Origin: a plasmid
Sequence record: NZ_CP012741.1
Length of the DNA: 64,000 bases
Reading direction: 5' to 3' (one strand)
The notes beneath the pieces are model-generated. The model made no database searches. It was not told where the DNA came from and was given only the letters and a program-made list of their open reading frames with translations. Numbering within the stretch: position 1 is the first letter of the stretch; each line of letters begins with the position of its first letter. Both the position numbers and the translations under genes were made by a program. Shown here one piece after another: positions 10,884 through 19,828 of this stretch.

Positions 10884-11423
10884 ATGAAAACAAAATTCAC
10901 ACATGCAGAAGTAGCCAAGCTGCCTTTTGCTCGTCGTGTTCTTTATATGGGAAGCAATATCAAGAAGGAAAAACTGATTGATGCAGAAGGTAAATATTGG
11001 CATATCACCGATGTGTATCTCCCCGACGTGGTGGGAAGTCTAGATCCGCGACATGCTGGCAGGACGTGGTTGGCTTTATTTCCTTGCACTGATGAGCCTT
11101 ACGGTCTCGAACGCGGTCAGCGTTATGCTCAGTACCTTCACAACAACCATGATTACTATTTTTCTGAAGAAGAAAAACGAAACTGGTTTCTTTGTAATAT
11201 TGATGGAGAACTTTATATTGATGACGGGCATCACCGGACAGTAATTGGTCGTGTATTTTTGGAGGCAAATGGTTTTGAGCCTGTCATTAAAGGCGTCCTC
11301 ATTGCTTATTACACTGGAGGGTTAATCCATCGTATTCGTATTTTCCCGCGCCGCTTCAAACACCGATTGATAAGTCGTTTCAATGTCTTCAAGCGAAAGA
11401 TAGGTAGAAGGACCATTTCTTGA
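10884..11423 (+). CDS. small ParB/sulfiredoxin-fold (DGHHR motif) protein
   Basis: Internal ATG at 10884 (MKTKFTHAEV...); the track ORF starts at a TTG inside the traD start region. Contains IDDGHHRTVIG, matching the ParB-N/DGQHR nuclease-like motif. Its 3' end overlaps the convergent gene at 11322-11912 by about 100 nt. Confidence 0.45.
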   Translation: MKTKFTHAEVAKLPFARRVLYMGSNIKKEKLIDAEGKYWHITDVYLPDVVGSLDPRHAGRTWLALFPCTDEPYGLERGQRYAQYLHNNHDYYFSEEEKRNWFLCNIDGELYIDDGHHRTVIGRVFLEANGFEPVIKGVLIAYYTGGLIHRIRIFPRRFKHRLISRFNVFKRKIGRRTIS

Positions 11424-11912
11424 TCCCCATCGAGTTCTTGGTAGTGCTTTCCATATCGTGTCATCATCGATGCCGAGTTTTCGGTAGTGCTCAATTAATG
11501 CCACGTCGATGCACTCTCCTTTTTTATGACACTGGCTGCACCATGAAGTATCAGCAACCAAATAACCGTAGTGCTTGAATAACCCTGGTGCGCAGTTATC
11601 ACACACCTGACAAGGAAAGGCTTGTTGCTCAGGATGGTTCATCGCAGAGAAAAACGAAGCCGGACCAAGATTAAAACAAGTCATTGGCGATAAGTGTGTT
11701 TTCAATAGTCGAGTGGCTTCTATACGGGAAAGTTTGAGTGGTTTGATGAGTGTTTTTAACTGATACGTTTTACTTTGGTCTGCAAGTAAAGACAAACGAA
11801 TGTTTTGCTTATGGCATTGAGTTAAAAAGGTATGGAGTTTGTCTTCTTGGGTTGCAGAGTCTTGAAATAAGAGTCTTTTAATTGCAGATGCCGCTTTGAG
11901 GATGGCGTTCAT
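11322..11912 (-). CDS. C4 zinc-finger protein with TraR/DksA-like CxxC-x17-CxxC spacing
   Basis: 196 aa, C-terminal half PCQVCDNCAPGLFKHYGYLVADTSWCSQCHKKGEC. The N-terminal half is helical and charged. Family assignment rests on Cys spacing only. Confidence 0.45.
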   Translation of the reverse strand: MNAILKAASAIKRLLFQDSATQEDKLHTFLTQCHKQNIRLSLLADQSKTYQLKTLIKPLKLSRIEATRLLKTHLSPMTCFNLGPASFFSAMNHPEQQAFPCQVCDNCAPGLFKHYGYLVADTSWCSQCHKKGECIDVALIEHYRKLGIDDDTIWKALPRTRWGSRNGPSTYLSLEDIETTYQSVFEAARENTNTMD

Positions 11913-12255
11913 ATCACTTCCTTTGAATAAGAGTTGCAGGGGCGAACGGTTGTATTACGTTGTAAAGGCTCAATCAGGGAAACAAAGAGTCCCGTTTTTT
12001 TGAGCCGTTATTTTGATGAGTACACTTGCGTTAAATCCCTCTTTGAGAGGTTTTTGAGGTAGAAAAATATCGCTTTGTTACCGTGTTACAGTTACTGGTG
12101 TTAAAGGTGAAGATTAAGTAAGATGAGGGAGTTGCTTGGCGCTCATCGGAACAGGGAACGTTTTCTTTAGGGAAAAGTCTTGAGTTGCGAGAGTCTGAAA
12201 TGCGCTTTCGCTGCCAAGCAGCCATGACGATTAATCATGAATAGACGCTCTTATA

Positions 12256-12290
12256 ACCAGTACTAGGCTCTCTCGCGTGCTGGTTTTTTT
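12256..12290 (+). terminator. rho-independent terminator insulating the hok locus from upstream transcription
   Basis: CCAGTAC-13-nt loop-GTGCTGG (one G-U wobble) followed by TTTTTTT. Confidence 0.5.
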
Positions 12291-12435
12291 GCCTTAAATC
12301 TAGAGTGGGAACGAAAAAAGCCTTAGAATCGCCGTGGGTGCTTTTGGTGTTCGACCAAAAGTAGTTCGAAAGATTTGCTGGCGGTAGAAAATCAAAAACC
12401 CCGAATGAACTGTAAATTCAAACGAGGTTTTAGAA

Positions 12436-12540
12436 ATGTTCCTAAGCAAAACAGATCTTAGCCTCTATCTCGATTTATTTCAATGCAAAATTGAAGGAGG
12501 CAAGTTATGCCAAAAAGTACGATTGCATTTGCAAGCCTAG
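12436..12540 (+). CDS. mok: mok-like leader ORF overlapping the hok start
   Basis: 34-codon ORF (MFLSKTDLSLYLDLFQCKIEGGKLCQKVRLHLQA) ending just inside hok in another frame. This is the architecture of hok/sok loci, where mok translation is coupled to hok. Confidence 0.35.
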   Translation: MFLSKTDLSLYLDLFQCKIEGGKLCQKVRLHLQA

Positions 12541-12659
12541 TGGTGGTGAGTCTCACCCTGCTTTGTTCTCTCTGGATAGTTCGTCACTCGCTTTGCGATG
12601 TGCGCTACTTAGATGAGAGAGTGGACTTTCAGGTAACCCTTGCCTACGAATCAAGATAG
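12507..12659 (+). CDS. hok: Hok/Gef-family membrane toxin (type I toxin-antitoxin); below the 60-aa ORF-track cutoff
   Basis: 50 aa: MPKSTIAFASLVVVSLTLLCSLWIVRHSLCDVRYLDERVDFQVTLAYESR. Aligns with Hok/Gef (KSLCEIRY...EVAAF.AYES). Strong SD GAAGGAGG 7 nt upstream. Confidence 0.85.
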   Translation: MPKSTIAFASLVVVSLTLLCSLWIVRHSLCDVRYLDERVDFQVTLAYESR

Positions 12660-12667
12660 TTGCTAGC

Positions 12668-12699
12668 CAGGGAGAGGGTCACAGGAAGCCCTCTCCCTG
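12668..12699 (+). other. 3' stem-loop of the hok mRNA (11-bp perfect stem)
   Basis: CAGGGAGAGGG-tcacaggaag-CCCTCTCCCTG starts 9 nt after the hok stop. No U-run follows, consistent with the stabilising/fold-back 3' hairpin of hok-family mRNAs. Confidence 0.5.
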
Positions 12700-12701
12700 A
12701 A

Positions 12702-12989
12702 CTAGTATTGCAAGGGCACATCATAAGCACCCATATCATCTGATCCCATTTCCAATTCAAGCGACACGACGTGATTGAGCGGTAAACCAGTGACGGTCGC
12801 CACTAATTCAATCGGCATCCATTCATCGAGCATCCACTTTGCAACGTCGGTCTGAGACTGCGTTGTACGAATGAATCGACCCTCAATAAGAGCCAAACTG
12901 TCGTGGTCGAGTGTGCCTTTGAGTTTGTCTTGCCAGTCTGTTTTCATTTTCTCACCACCGAGCTTGTCATTCGATATTGGACTCAACAA
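12702..12989 (-). CDS. hypothetical protein
   Basis: 95-aa ORF, likely starting at the internal MKTDWQD. No recognisable domain. Confidence 0.3.
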   Translation of the reverse strand: MLSPISNDKLGGEKMKTDWQDKLKGTLDHDSLALIEGRFIRTTQSQTDVAKWMLDEWMPIELVATVTGLPLNHVVSLELEMGSDDMGAYDVPLQY

Positions 12990-12995
12990 AAGCCG

Positions 12996-13598
12996 TTAAA
13001 ACAAGTGAATACCGCCAGAAGAAGAGGTCGGGTAATTCACATTCGAAACCTTTCCTTCCGTATCGAACGTGACTGTCATCGTATTCCAGCGGTTCGTCCA
13101 ATAAACCCAAGTTTGGGTTGCCATTGGTTTGGGTGTTCTAAAGGCCGGTGGGTAACCCATAGCCTGTATCACGGCCGCCTTTGTCATACCGATTTGTGCC
13201 GTTCCACTGCTGATACCTTGTTTGTCAATGTCGGATAGTGATGCAGATAGTGGTTCACACGACGTGCCAAAGTATTTTTGAATGTTTTGAGCAAAGTCAG
13301 GAGTACGTTTATGCCAGTAATAGTGATAGGTTTGGCCTGTCTCTTTGATGGAGAACTCCATGACTTTTTTGGTGGCAGAGTGTATATCGACTTCGGTGCA
13401 ACGAGGAATGAAACCGCCTTGCTGGTAGTTTAGGGAGAAGAGTTTGGCGCGTGTTGCATCTGGGTGCAAATTTACAAGGGTATACACGGGCTTGTTGGTG
13501 TCCACTAAATTATTCTGTTGTGCATCTTGTATGTCTATCGTTGAGGCGCAGCCAGCTAACGTAAGGACAACGCCGAGTGCGGTCAATTTTAGTTTCAT
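12996..13598 (-). CDS. lipoprotein (lipobox LTLAGC); candidate exclusion-type outer-membrane lipoprotein
   Basis: MKLKLTALGVVLTLAGCAST signal and lipobox. Sits where traS/traT lie in F-like operons, directly after traG. Confidence 0.6.
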   Translation of the reverse strand: MKLKLTALGVVLTLAGCASTIDIQDAQQNNLVDTNKPVYTLVNLHPDATRAKLFSLNYQQGGFIPRCTEVDIHSATKKVMEFSIKETGQTYHYYWHKRTPDFAQNIQKYFGTSCEPLSASLSDIDKQGISSGTAQIGMTKAAVIQAMGYPPAFRTPKPMATQTWVYWTNRWNTMTVTFDTEGKVSNVNYPTSSSGGIHLF

Positions 13599-13732
13599 GT
13601 CAGTATTCCTTTGTGTTATCGCAATTAAAGTCCGTTTTCATTAAGACGGACATTTTTCATCAATTCCTTTTCTCTTGTTTTTACTTTTAGGTCAATGAAA
13701 ATACGCTATCTAGTCCACGCCATGTGCTGAGG

Positions 13733-14269
13733 TTAATATTTCCAGCCATTAAATTGCAGCGACTTTGGAATGGGGCTGTAGCAAGGGTATTCGGTTTGAA
13801 GACCATATGCGATGATATAATCGATAGATACGCTGAAAGCACCGGCAAAATTTGCTCGTCTGAATTTTTGAGGGTCATTCTTGGCGGTTTTTTCGAGCAC
13901 TTTCCAGATAAGGTCTACAAAAAACTCAGGGTGACGGTCTGGATCAAGCGTCATGGTGTCACGCATGCAGAACCAAAGTCCTCCCCCTGTTTCTTTTTGG
14001 TTATAGGCGTTGTCAAAATAAGCGGTTTGTAATCCTAACAAGTAACCTTGTAGGCGCATCGATTCAACCGTATCCGTCTCATCAATGTGCTGCAAAAAGT
14101 AAGGCAGTTTGGTGACATTGGATAGGTCTTGAGAATAGGGTCTTTTAGTTATTACAGCCTGTTCGTACTGCTCATGTATCTCGCTCAGCAGTTGAGTGAG
14201 CTCAGGAGAATGCGTTTGCGCTTGTGCACTTGCGCAGGTAAGCAGCAGCAAAGGTAGGACTTTTTTCAT
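13733..14269 (-). CDS. secreted/periplasmic hypothetical protein
   Basis: Cleavable signal MKKVLPLLLLTCASAQA. Good SD (AAAAGGAGCGTT) upstream of the ATG at 14269. Confidence 0.55.
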   Translation of the reverse strand: MKKVLPLLLLTCASAQAQTHSPELTQLLSEIHEQYEQAVITKRPYSQDLSNVTKLPYFLQHIDETDTVESMRLQGYLLGLQTAYFDNAYNQKETGGGLWFCMRDTMTLDPDRHPEFFVDLIWKVLEKTAKNDPQKFRRANFAGAFSVSIDYIIAYGLQTEYPCYSPIPKSLQFNGWKY

Positions 14270-14351
14270 AATAACGCTCCTTTTAGATACCTGATCATAA
14301 TACCAGTATTTTAAGGGTGCATAAAGTCCTTTTTATGCACCATGATCAATA

Positions 14352-17165
14352 TTATTGGTTTGGATTTTGGGTGTATCTGGGTGCCGCAGGGTAGGATTGG
14401 TCGGAGGTGACGTATTCCGTCCTTTCGGGTTTTGTTACCTCTGCTTCTACCTGTGACTTGATGGTCAGCGCAATGATGGGTTCTGGTTTGGCGATCGACT
14501 GCTGAGCGTCGCTTTGCTGCTGCCTTGCGTTATCCGTGACCCCGTCGAAGCGATCTTGGTTAAACAGCCCGCCGGTGCCTTTATTGTGCATCACAGCGGT
14601 GCGGGTGGCGTCTACTGCACCTTGTGTTTTATCCCATTCATTCTCCATGGTTTTACTTTGCTCTGGGGTGAGCTGAGGCGGTGTTGTTGGTGTTGTGGTT
14701 TGATAGTCTTGGTTCATCTTGGCCACGACGCGTGCGCTGTCACCATCGAGTCCTGCCATGGTGGCAAAGGCTTCGGTGCGAGTAAATTCTTGCCAATGCT
14801 TCTTCGCATCCGCAATGTCTTCTGGTTGGTAAGCGGTCATGAGGCGTTGAACTTGTTGTTGCTTGAGCCCTGCATTTTCCTCCAAGTAGTTTTGGAATGC
14901 GCCATCGGCTTTAGCAGTAAAGCTGCCGCCAACTGATTCCAAACGCGTTTGGGTGTTGGAGAGTGCGTTCAAATCCGATTGGCTTTGCATCACGCTGGCA
15001 CCCAAGGACTTAGTGTTGCTGGCGTTAATCGCAAAGTCATGCGCAAACTGCTCAACTGACGTGCGCGTGTCTTTGTTATCCACTTGCGTGCCGGCAGTGG
15101 TGACCGCATTCGCCCCCTCAGTGTATTGCTTGGTCGCTTGCTCAAGCTGCTGCTTCTGCTCGCTGCTCATGTTGCTGTAAGCGGTGCGTTCTTCGTCTGA
15201 CCATTTCACCCCAGCGTTAGCGCTGGCGCTAAATGGAAGAATGCTTTTTCCTGAACCTACGCCCACATCCACGCCAGCATAAGCGCTTTGCAAGTAAGCT
15301 TGCGATTGGTCTTTCGTCCAACCCGTTTGTTTGCTGACGTTGTCAATGGCGCTTTGCATGTTGCTCATACCTTGGCTGACTTGGGTATTAAAGCCCGTGG
15401 TGCTGCCTTCGCCATAGTTTAGGTTTTTACCTACGCTGTCATGCCAACGATCACTCAATGCCGCGCCAGCTTGAATGGTTTGGCCAAGTTGAGTGCTGGT
15501 TTGCGCTAGGTTTTGCTCTGTTTGACTGCGAGCATTGGCCACACTTTCTTGCAGCATAGCGGAAGTGTTAGTGGATATATTACCTCGGCTGACCATTTGC
15601 GTACTGTCGTAAGTGGTGCGTCCATCGCCGTGTTGTGTGGTCACCGAACCGTCTTGGTTTTGGGTGTAGCTATGTCCTTGGTTAGTGAGTGTGTTGGTAT
15701 CAAACTTATTGGCATGGGTGTTGTTCATGCTGTGGTTATCAATTTGCATACTGCCAAAGTCCAGATTACCGGTTGATGCTGCCGCGCTCGCTCTGGCATT
15801 GGTGGAATTAATCATGCTTGATAACTGGTAGTTCATGCTCGACATGACCGATTGCCCGCCTTTGAGTATGCCACCGGCAATTAACGGTACGCCTATCATC
15901 AAGATGCCCGTCATCCAGGCAAAGCGGCTGTGTAGTTCATCGGCTGCATTGGCATTGGAGAGAACCAGCCCACCAAATTTACCAGAGACATCGGTGGAGA
16001 GAGATTCTAGCCCCCACAGTTGGAAGCCATTGATGATGGCAAAGAGCGCTGGCCACGTCGCCAGAAACGCAAACGTACCAACGTAGTTTTTCAATACCAT
16101 TAGGGTTAAGCCTGGAATGACCGCCGCGCCAGCAACAAAAAAGCCCAAACAAGCAAAGAGCATAAACAGCATAGTATGGAGCATGGGCAAGTATTCCCTT
16201 GCCATTAAGCCAAGAGAGGCCCACATCGAGGTGGTTTGCAGTTTGTTGGTGGTATAGGCGTAATTGAGTGCAGCTTGGGTGGGGTTAAGGCTATCTATGT
16301 TGTAGCGAAGCTCATTCATCAACATGTTTTGCTTAATCGTGTTGGAAGCGCTGGTGCTGATGGAAAAGAATTTGTTGTAACTGCGTTGGAGCGATTGAAC
16401 AATTTGGGGCTTGTAGCGATTGGCCTCCTTACCGAGTAAATGATGCGCTAACAAGGTGACGTTTTCGTTCGACGCAGCATCAAAGCGCTGTTTTACTATG
16501 GGGTACGCTTCTTCACACAATTTATAGCTGATTTTGCCGCCACCCTCATCAAGATAAAGCGCGCGCAGCGGGCTTTGTTTGATGCCATCGAGAAAGGTAA
16601 AAATATTCGGGGCGGCAAAGAGTTCATCCCACGTGTATTTGTGGTTAATTCTCACATCGCCAATCATGCAGTTTTGAAAATAATCACTCCACAGCTTTTT
16701 AAGTCCTATTTCGCGTACGCTTGATTGCCTTGAGAGCTGATAGAGCTCAGAGCCAAACAACATGCCTGTACGCCCATAACGCTCATCGTCTGAGGTGGTG
16801 AAAATGGCTTCGACCCCCTCTGTCATCCCCACCATAATAGAAGAGAAAAAGTAAGTCGGTACCGCGACAAGGTAGGGTACGTTATCGACTTTGTACGCTT
16901 TCCCTGGTTGGGTTTTGTCAATGATGAGCATGTCGGCTTTCATGTTGATAAGAAACAAGGGCACAGCAAAGAAAACCACCATCCATTTGATGAGGTCTTT
17001 GGGGTTACGAGAGAGCATGAAGATAAACAAGCTGGTGATAAGACCTAGCATCATGCACATCTGTAAGTAATCGCCAAAGGTATTGGTTTTAAAAAAGGTG
17101 GCCAGCGCGTTAAAGGCTTTATTGACCACCTCGCCAGAGGTGTAGGTGTAATACTCAAGTATCAT
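14352..17165 (-). CDS. traG: TraG (F-type), mating-pair stabilisation and pilus assembly
   Basis: 937 aa with a polytopic N-terminal half and a Q/N/T-rich periplasmic C-terminal half. Immediately follows traH. Confidence 0.9.
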   Translation of the reverse strand: MILEYYTYTSGEVVNKAFNALATFFKTNTFGDYLQMCMMLGLITSLFIFMLSRNPKDLIKWMVVFFAVPLFLINMKADMLIIDKTQPGKAYKVDNVPYLVAVPTYFFSSIMVGMTEGVEAIFTTSDDERYGRTGMLFGSELYQLSRQSSVREIGLKKLWSDYFQNCMIGDVRINHKYTWDELFAAPNIFTFLDGIKQSPLRALYLDEGGGKISYKLCEEAYPIVKQRFDAASNENVTLLAHHLLGKEANRYKPQIVQSLQRSYNKFFSISTSASNTIKQNMLMNELRYNIDSLNPTQAALNYAYTTNKLQTTSMWASLGLMAREYLPMLHTMLFMLFACLGFFVAGAAVIPGLTLMVLKNYVGTFAFLATWPALFAIINGFQLWGLESLSTDVSGKFGGLVLSNANAADELHSRFAWMTGILMIGVPLIAGGILKGGQSVMSSMNYQLSSMINSTNARASAAASTGNLDFGSMQIDNHSMNNTHANKFDTNTLTNQGHSYTQNQDGSVTTQHGDGRTTYDSTQMVSRGNISTNTSAMLQESVANARSQTEQNLAQTSTQLGQTIQAGAALSDRWHDSVGKNLNYGEGSTTGFNTQVSQGMSNMQSAIDNVSKQTGWTKDQSQAYLQSAYAGVDVGVGSGKSILPFSASANAGVKWSDEERTAYSNMSSEQKQQLEQATKQYTEGANAVTTAGTQVDNKDTRTSVEQFAHDFAINASNTKSLGASVMQSQSDLNALSNTQTRLESVGGSFTAKADGAFQNYLEENAGLKQQQVQRLMTAYQPEDIADAKKHWQEFTRTEAFATMAGLDGDSARVVAKMNQDYQTTTPTTPPQLTPEQSKTMENEWDKTQGAVDATRTAVMHNKGTGGLFNQDRFDGVTDNARQQQSDAQQSIAKPEPIIALTIKSQVEAEVTKPERTEYVTSDQSYPAAPRYTQNPNQ

Positions 17166-17168
17166 TGG

Positions 17169-18575
17169 TTAGTTCCCATAAGCCTGTGTTGGTTTAGTGG
17201 TGATGCCGATGTCCTTTTGACTGCGCTGCGCCGTTTTTCGTTGTGACTCGATAAGCTGGTTACGCTGGTTAAGTGTCTCAATGGCTTTGTCGGCAAGTCC
17301 GGTTGTAAATCGTTTGGCGTTATCGATATCGCGCGTGATGAGGGCAATATCCTCGACACTGTTATTGGTATTAGCCAATGATTGGCTGGCGATACTCAAC
17401 ATATTGGTGAGGTATTGATTAAGCAGCTCTACCGCTATCATGCGTGAGTAACTGTTGATGTCGGGGGTTTGATTGGCTGACAGATCATCCATGAAAAATT
17501 TGAGTACCGGTGTCTGGGTCAGCTCTAAAAAGCTTTTTTGTTTATCCGTCAGTTTTTGGTCGGTCGCGATATGACGTAGTATCGATTCCAGCTGTTTGCT
17601 TATCTGGCTTTGAATGCCGTTGGCCTGGCTGATGGATAAGTTGTTGGGCTTGGTGATGGTAATGCACGCTTTCGGATCTGTGTTTCTGCATTGGTAAATG
17701 TCGGCTTTGCCACCTTCCAAAAGTACGTTGACCAGGTTGTTATTATCGGTCAAAAGACTTGGGTAGTAGCGAGGGTTGCCGTTGGCATCGTAAACGTATG
17801 TCCCTGATAGGCTCATCATAAATTGCGCGAGGTGTTTATCTGCCGATAAAAACGCGTTGTTCATAATGGCCGACCACACCACATTATGATTGGTTTTGGT
17901 GATGTCTTTCAGTGCAGGATCGTTTTTTGCGTTGGCCAGTTGACCGGCGGCTTTACCGCCTGCCCCACATTCATGCTGAGCTTGTACCCAATCCGAGAAC
18001 GCATTGTTTTGTGTCCCGAGCGTGGCACAAACATGCTTTTTTGTGGCCGGTGCAGCAAAGGCCGCAAGTCCACCAATGGCGGCTTGTGCGGCTTCACAAG
18101 AGTTCACGGATTGGTTTAAGTATTTGTCGGCAATGGCTTGCAGATTATCTAGGTTTTGTTTGAGCTGCGGGGCCCAAGTTTGCAAAGCTAGGTTGACAAT
18201 GAAAGGAGGCGCGTTGTGGATAATGGCTTTGCCCACTTTTACCAACTGATCCGAACTGACATGAGAGAACCCCCCCATAAACATGTCAATCCCAGAACAG
18301 CCCGCACTGATAGAGGGTACGGTGACACTGACCAATTGTGCGTCAACGATGGGGGTGCGCACAAACAAGCTGCCCCCTGTGTAGTAGTTGGCCGATTGGC
18401 CTTGGTAGGCGCTGGGGTTAGAGACGTTCGCGTTATAACCCGAGCTATCAAAAAAGCGCGCTAGTGCGTTGTTGGTGTCTGCGTGACTCGTTGCGGGTAA
18501 CGCAATGAACAATAAGGGAATAATATGCTTATGCACCGAAATGGTGGATAAGTGGTGAGTAAGTGAGCGCCTCAT
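17169..18575 (-). CDS. traH: TraH (F-type)
   Basis: 468 aa with signal peptide. Position and size match F TraH, with conserved Cys pairs. Confidence 0.85.
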   Translation of the reverse strand: MRRSLTHHLSTISVHKHIIPLLFIALPATSHADTNNALARFFDSSGYNANVSNPSAYQGQSANYYTGGSLFVRTPIVDAQLVSVTVPSISAGCSGIDMFMGGFSHVSSDQLVKVGKAIIHNAPPFIVNLALQTWAPQLKQNLDNLQAIADKYLNQSVNSCEAAQAAIGGLAAFAAPATKKHVCATLGTQNNAFSDWVQAQHECGAGGKAAGQLANAKNDPALKDITKTNHNVVWSAIMNNAFLSADKHLAQFMMSLSGTYVYDANGNPRYYPSLLTDNNNLVNVLLEGGKADIYQCRNTDPKACITITKPNNLSISQANGIQSQISKQLESILRHIATDQKLTDKQKSFLELTQTPVLKFFMDDLSANQTPDINSYSRMIAVELLNQYLTNMLSIASQSLANTNNSVEDIALITRDIDNAKRFTTGLADKAIETLNQRNQLIESQRKTAQRSQKDIGITTKPTQAYGN

Positions 18576-18985
18576 TGCAATGCCTCCTGTACCCGTGGGT
18601 CATTGAGCGCGTTTTGAATGCTCTGAGCCAGTGTTCTTTCTGGCACATCGCCGATGCTCAAGCGGGAAAACTTGCGGCTGTTTACGTTCATCAAAAAGAG
18701 GGCGGGCATGAGGGCTTTCGTAATGTCAGGGAAAAAGGTGTTGGCAATTTCAGGGGTGACAGGGATAGGAACCTCAAAACCAGCAATGCCCACACCATCA
18801 ACAGAAAAAGCGTATACTGGCAGCTCAAAGCGTTCGCTAAGGCGCGTGATTTTTGGTGATGCCTTATGGCAGTACGCGCAAGTGCTTTGAAAAAAGAATA
18901 CTAGGGCGTATTGGTTTTGCATGGCAGCGTGCGCGCTGCCAGCGAATAGCGAAAAACTCAGCAAAAGGGTACGAAGAAACGGCAT
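18572..18985 (-). CDS. trbB: TrbB-like periplasmic thioredoxin-fold disulfide isomerase
   Basis: 137 aa with signal peptide and a CAYC (CxxC) active site, like F TrbB. Confidence 0.7.
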   Translation of the reverse strand: MPFLRTLLLSFSLFAGSAHAAMQNQYALVFFFQSTCAYCHKASPKITRLSERFELPVYAFSVDGVGIAGFEVPIPVTPEIANTFFPDITKALMPALFLMNVNSRKFSRLSIGDVPERTLAQSIQNALNDPRVQEALQ

Positions 18986-19002
18986 GACGCCTCCTTAAAT
19001 TT

Positions 19003-19788
19003 CTAAAAATCGGATTGTTCAAAGTTGGTGGCGACGTTGTAAAAACGCCCAAGTAGCTCGTTTTGGCTTATCCAGCCATACGCCAGTGGCTTCATCTCTC
19101 CAGTGCTTGGGTGTACTAAAATCAATGCGGGGGTAAACGGCACCGAAATCTTGCCTTGGTTGTGGCGGTTTACGGTGATGTTCGTGATGAAAGTTTCATC
19201 ATTGCTGATCCCAAGAAGTTCAAAGTGGTATTGGTCAGCAAATGCTTGAATGGATGGGGCAAGTTGCTGGCTAAGCTTGTCTTTGCCGTCATAGACAAAG
19301 AAAAAGCCCCAGCCTTCTTGCTTCATCTTTTCAACTGCATCGGTTTTCTTTTGGTTTTCGAGATCGAGATATACCTGTCTTGCCGCTTGCTCGGTCGGGT
19401 GCTCTTTGGTGTAAGAGAGCTCCGGTTTTTCCAGTAGTAAAGCCTTAAAGGTCATGCCTAGCTGATCGGTTTGGTCGGTAATAAATCGATTAAGCGCTAG
19501 GAACCTGGCCAATTTTTCTTTGTCTTTCGGATGGATGGCGGCGTCGTTTTGCGCCTCCTTGTGCATGGTGTGGAACCAATCCATTTGTTCGGTCGCTGAC
19601 AAGGTTTTGGGGCTTGATATGGTGGTTTGTGTGTTGCTTGGCAGTGGCTCGACTTTAGGCGCTTGAAGTGCGGGTTTCGGCTCGTTGTACCATCGCCACC
19701 CTGGTGGTGTTTCATTAGCCAAGGTGGGATGGACTTGAATAAGCAGCACTAGGGGAATGACGTAAAGCAGTCTTTTTTTCATCATCAT
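19003..19788 (-). CDS. traF: TraF (F-type, thioredoxin-like without CxxC)
   Basis: Likely true start MMMKKRLLYVIPLVLL, since the longer track ORF overlaps the traN 3' end. Has the GWGFFFVYDGKD and LGISNDE motifs of F TraF. Confidence 0.8.
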   Translation of the reverse strand: MMMKKRLLYVIPLVLLIQVHPTLANETPPGWRWYNEPKPALQAPKVEPLPSNTQTTISSPKTLSATEQMDWFHTMHKEAQNDAAIHPKDKEKLARFLALNRFITDQTDQLGMTFKALLLEKPELSYTKEHPTEQAARQVYLDLENQKKTDAVEKMKQEGWGFFFVYDGKDKLSQQLAPSIQAFADQYHFELLGISNDETFITNITVNRHNQGKISVPFTPALILVHPSTGEMKPLAYGWISQNELLGRFYNVATNFEQSDF

Positions 19789-19828
19789 AAACCTTAGTTG
19801 TATGAGGCGAAGTGATTCAGCGTGGGGG

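Noticed and set aside
14514-18464. Antisense ORFs within traG/traH (14514-14936, 15513-15776, 17912-18163, 18216-18464 and others)
   Set aside because: Overlap strongly supported tra genes on the opposite strand. Compositionally biased translations.
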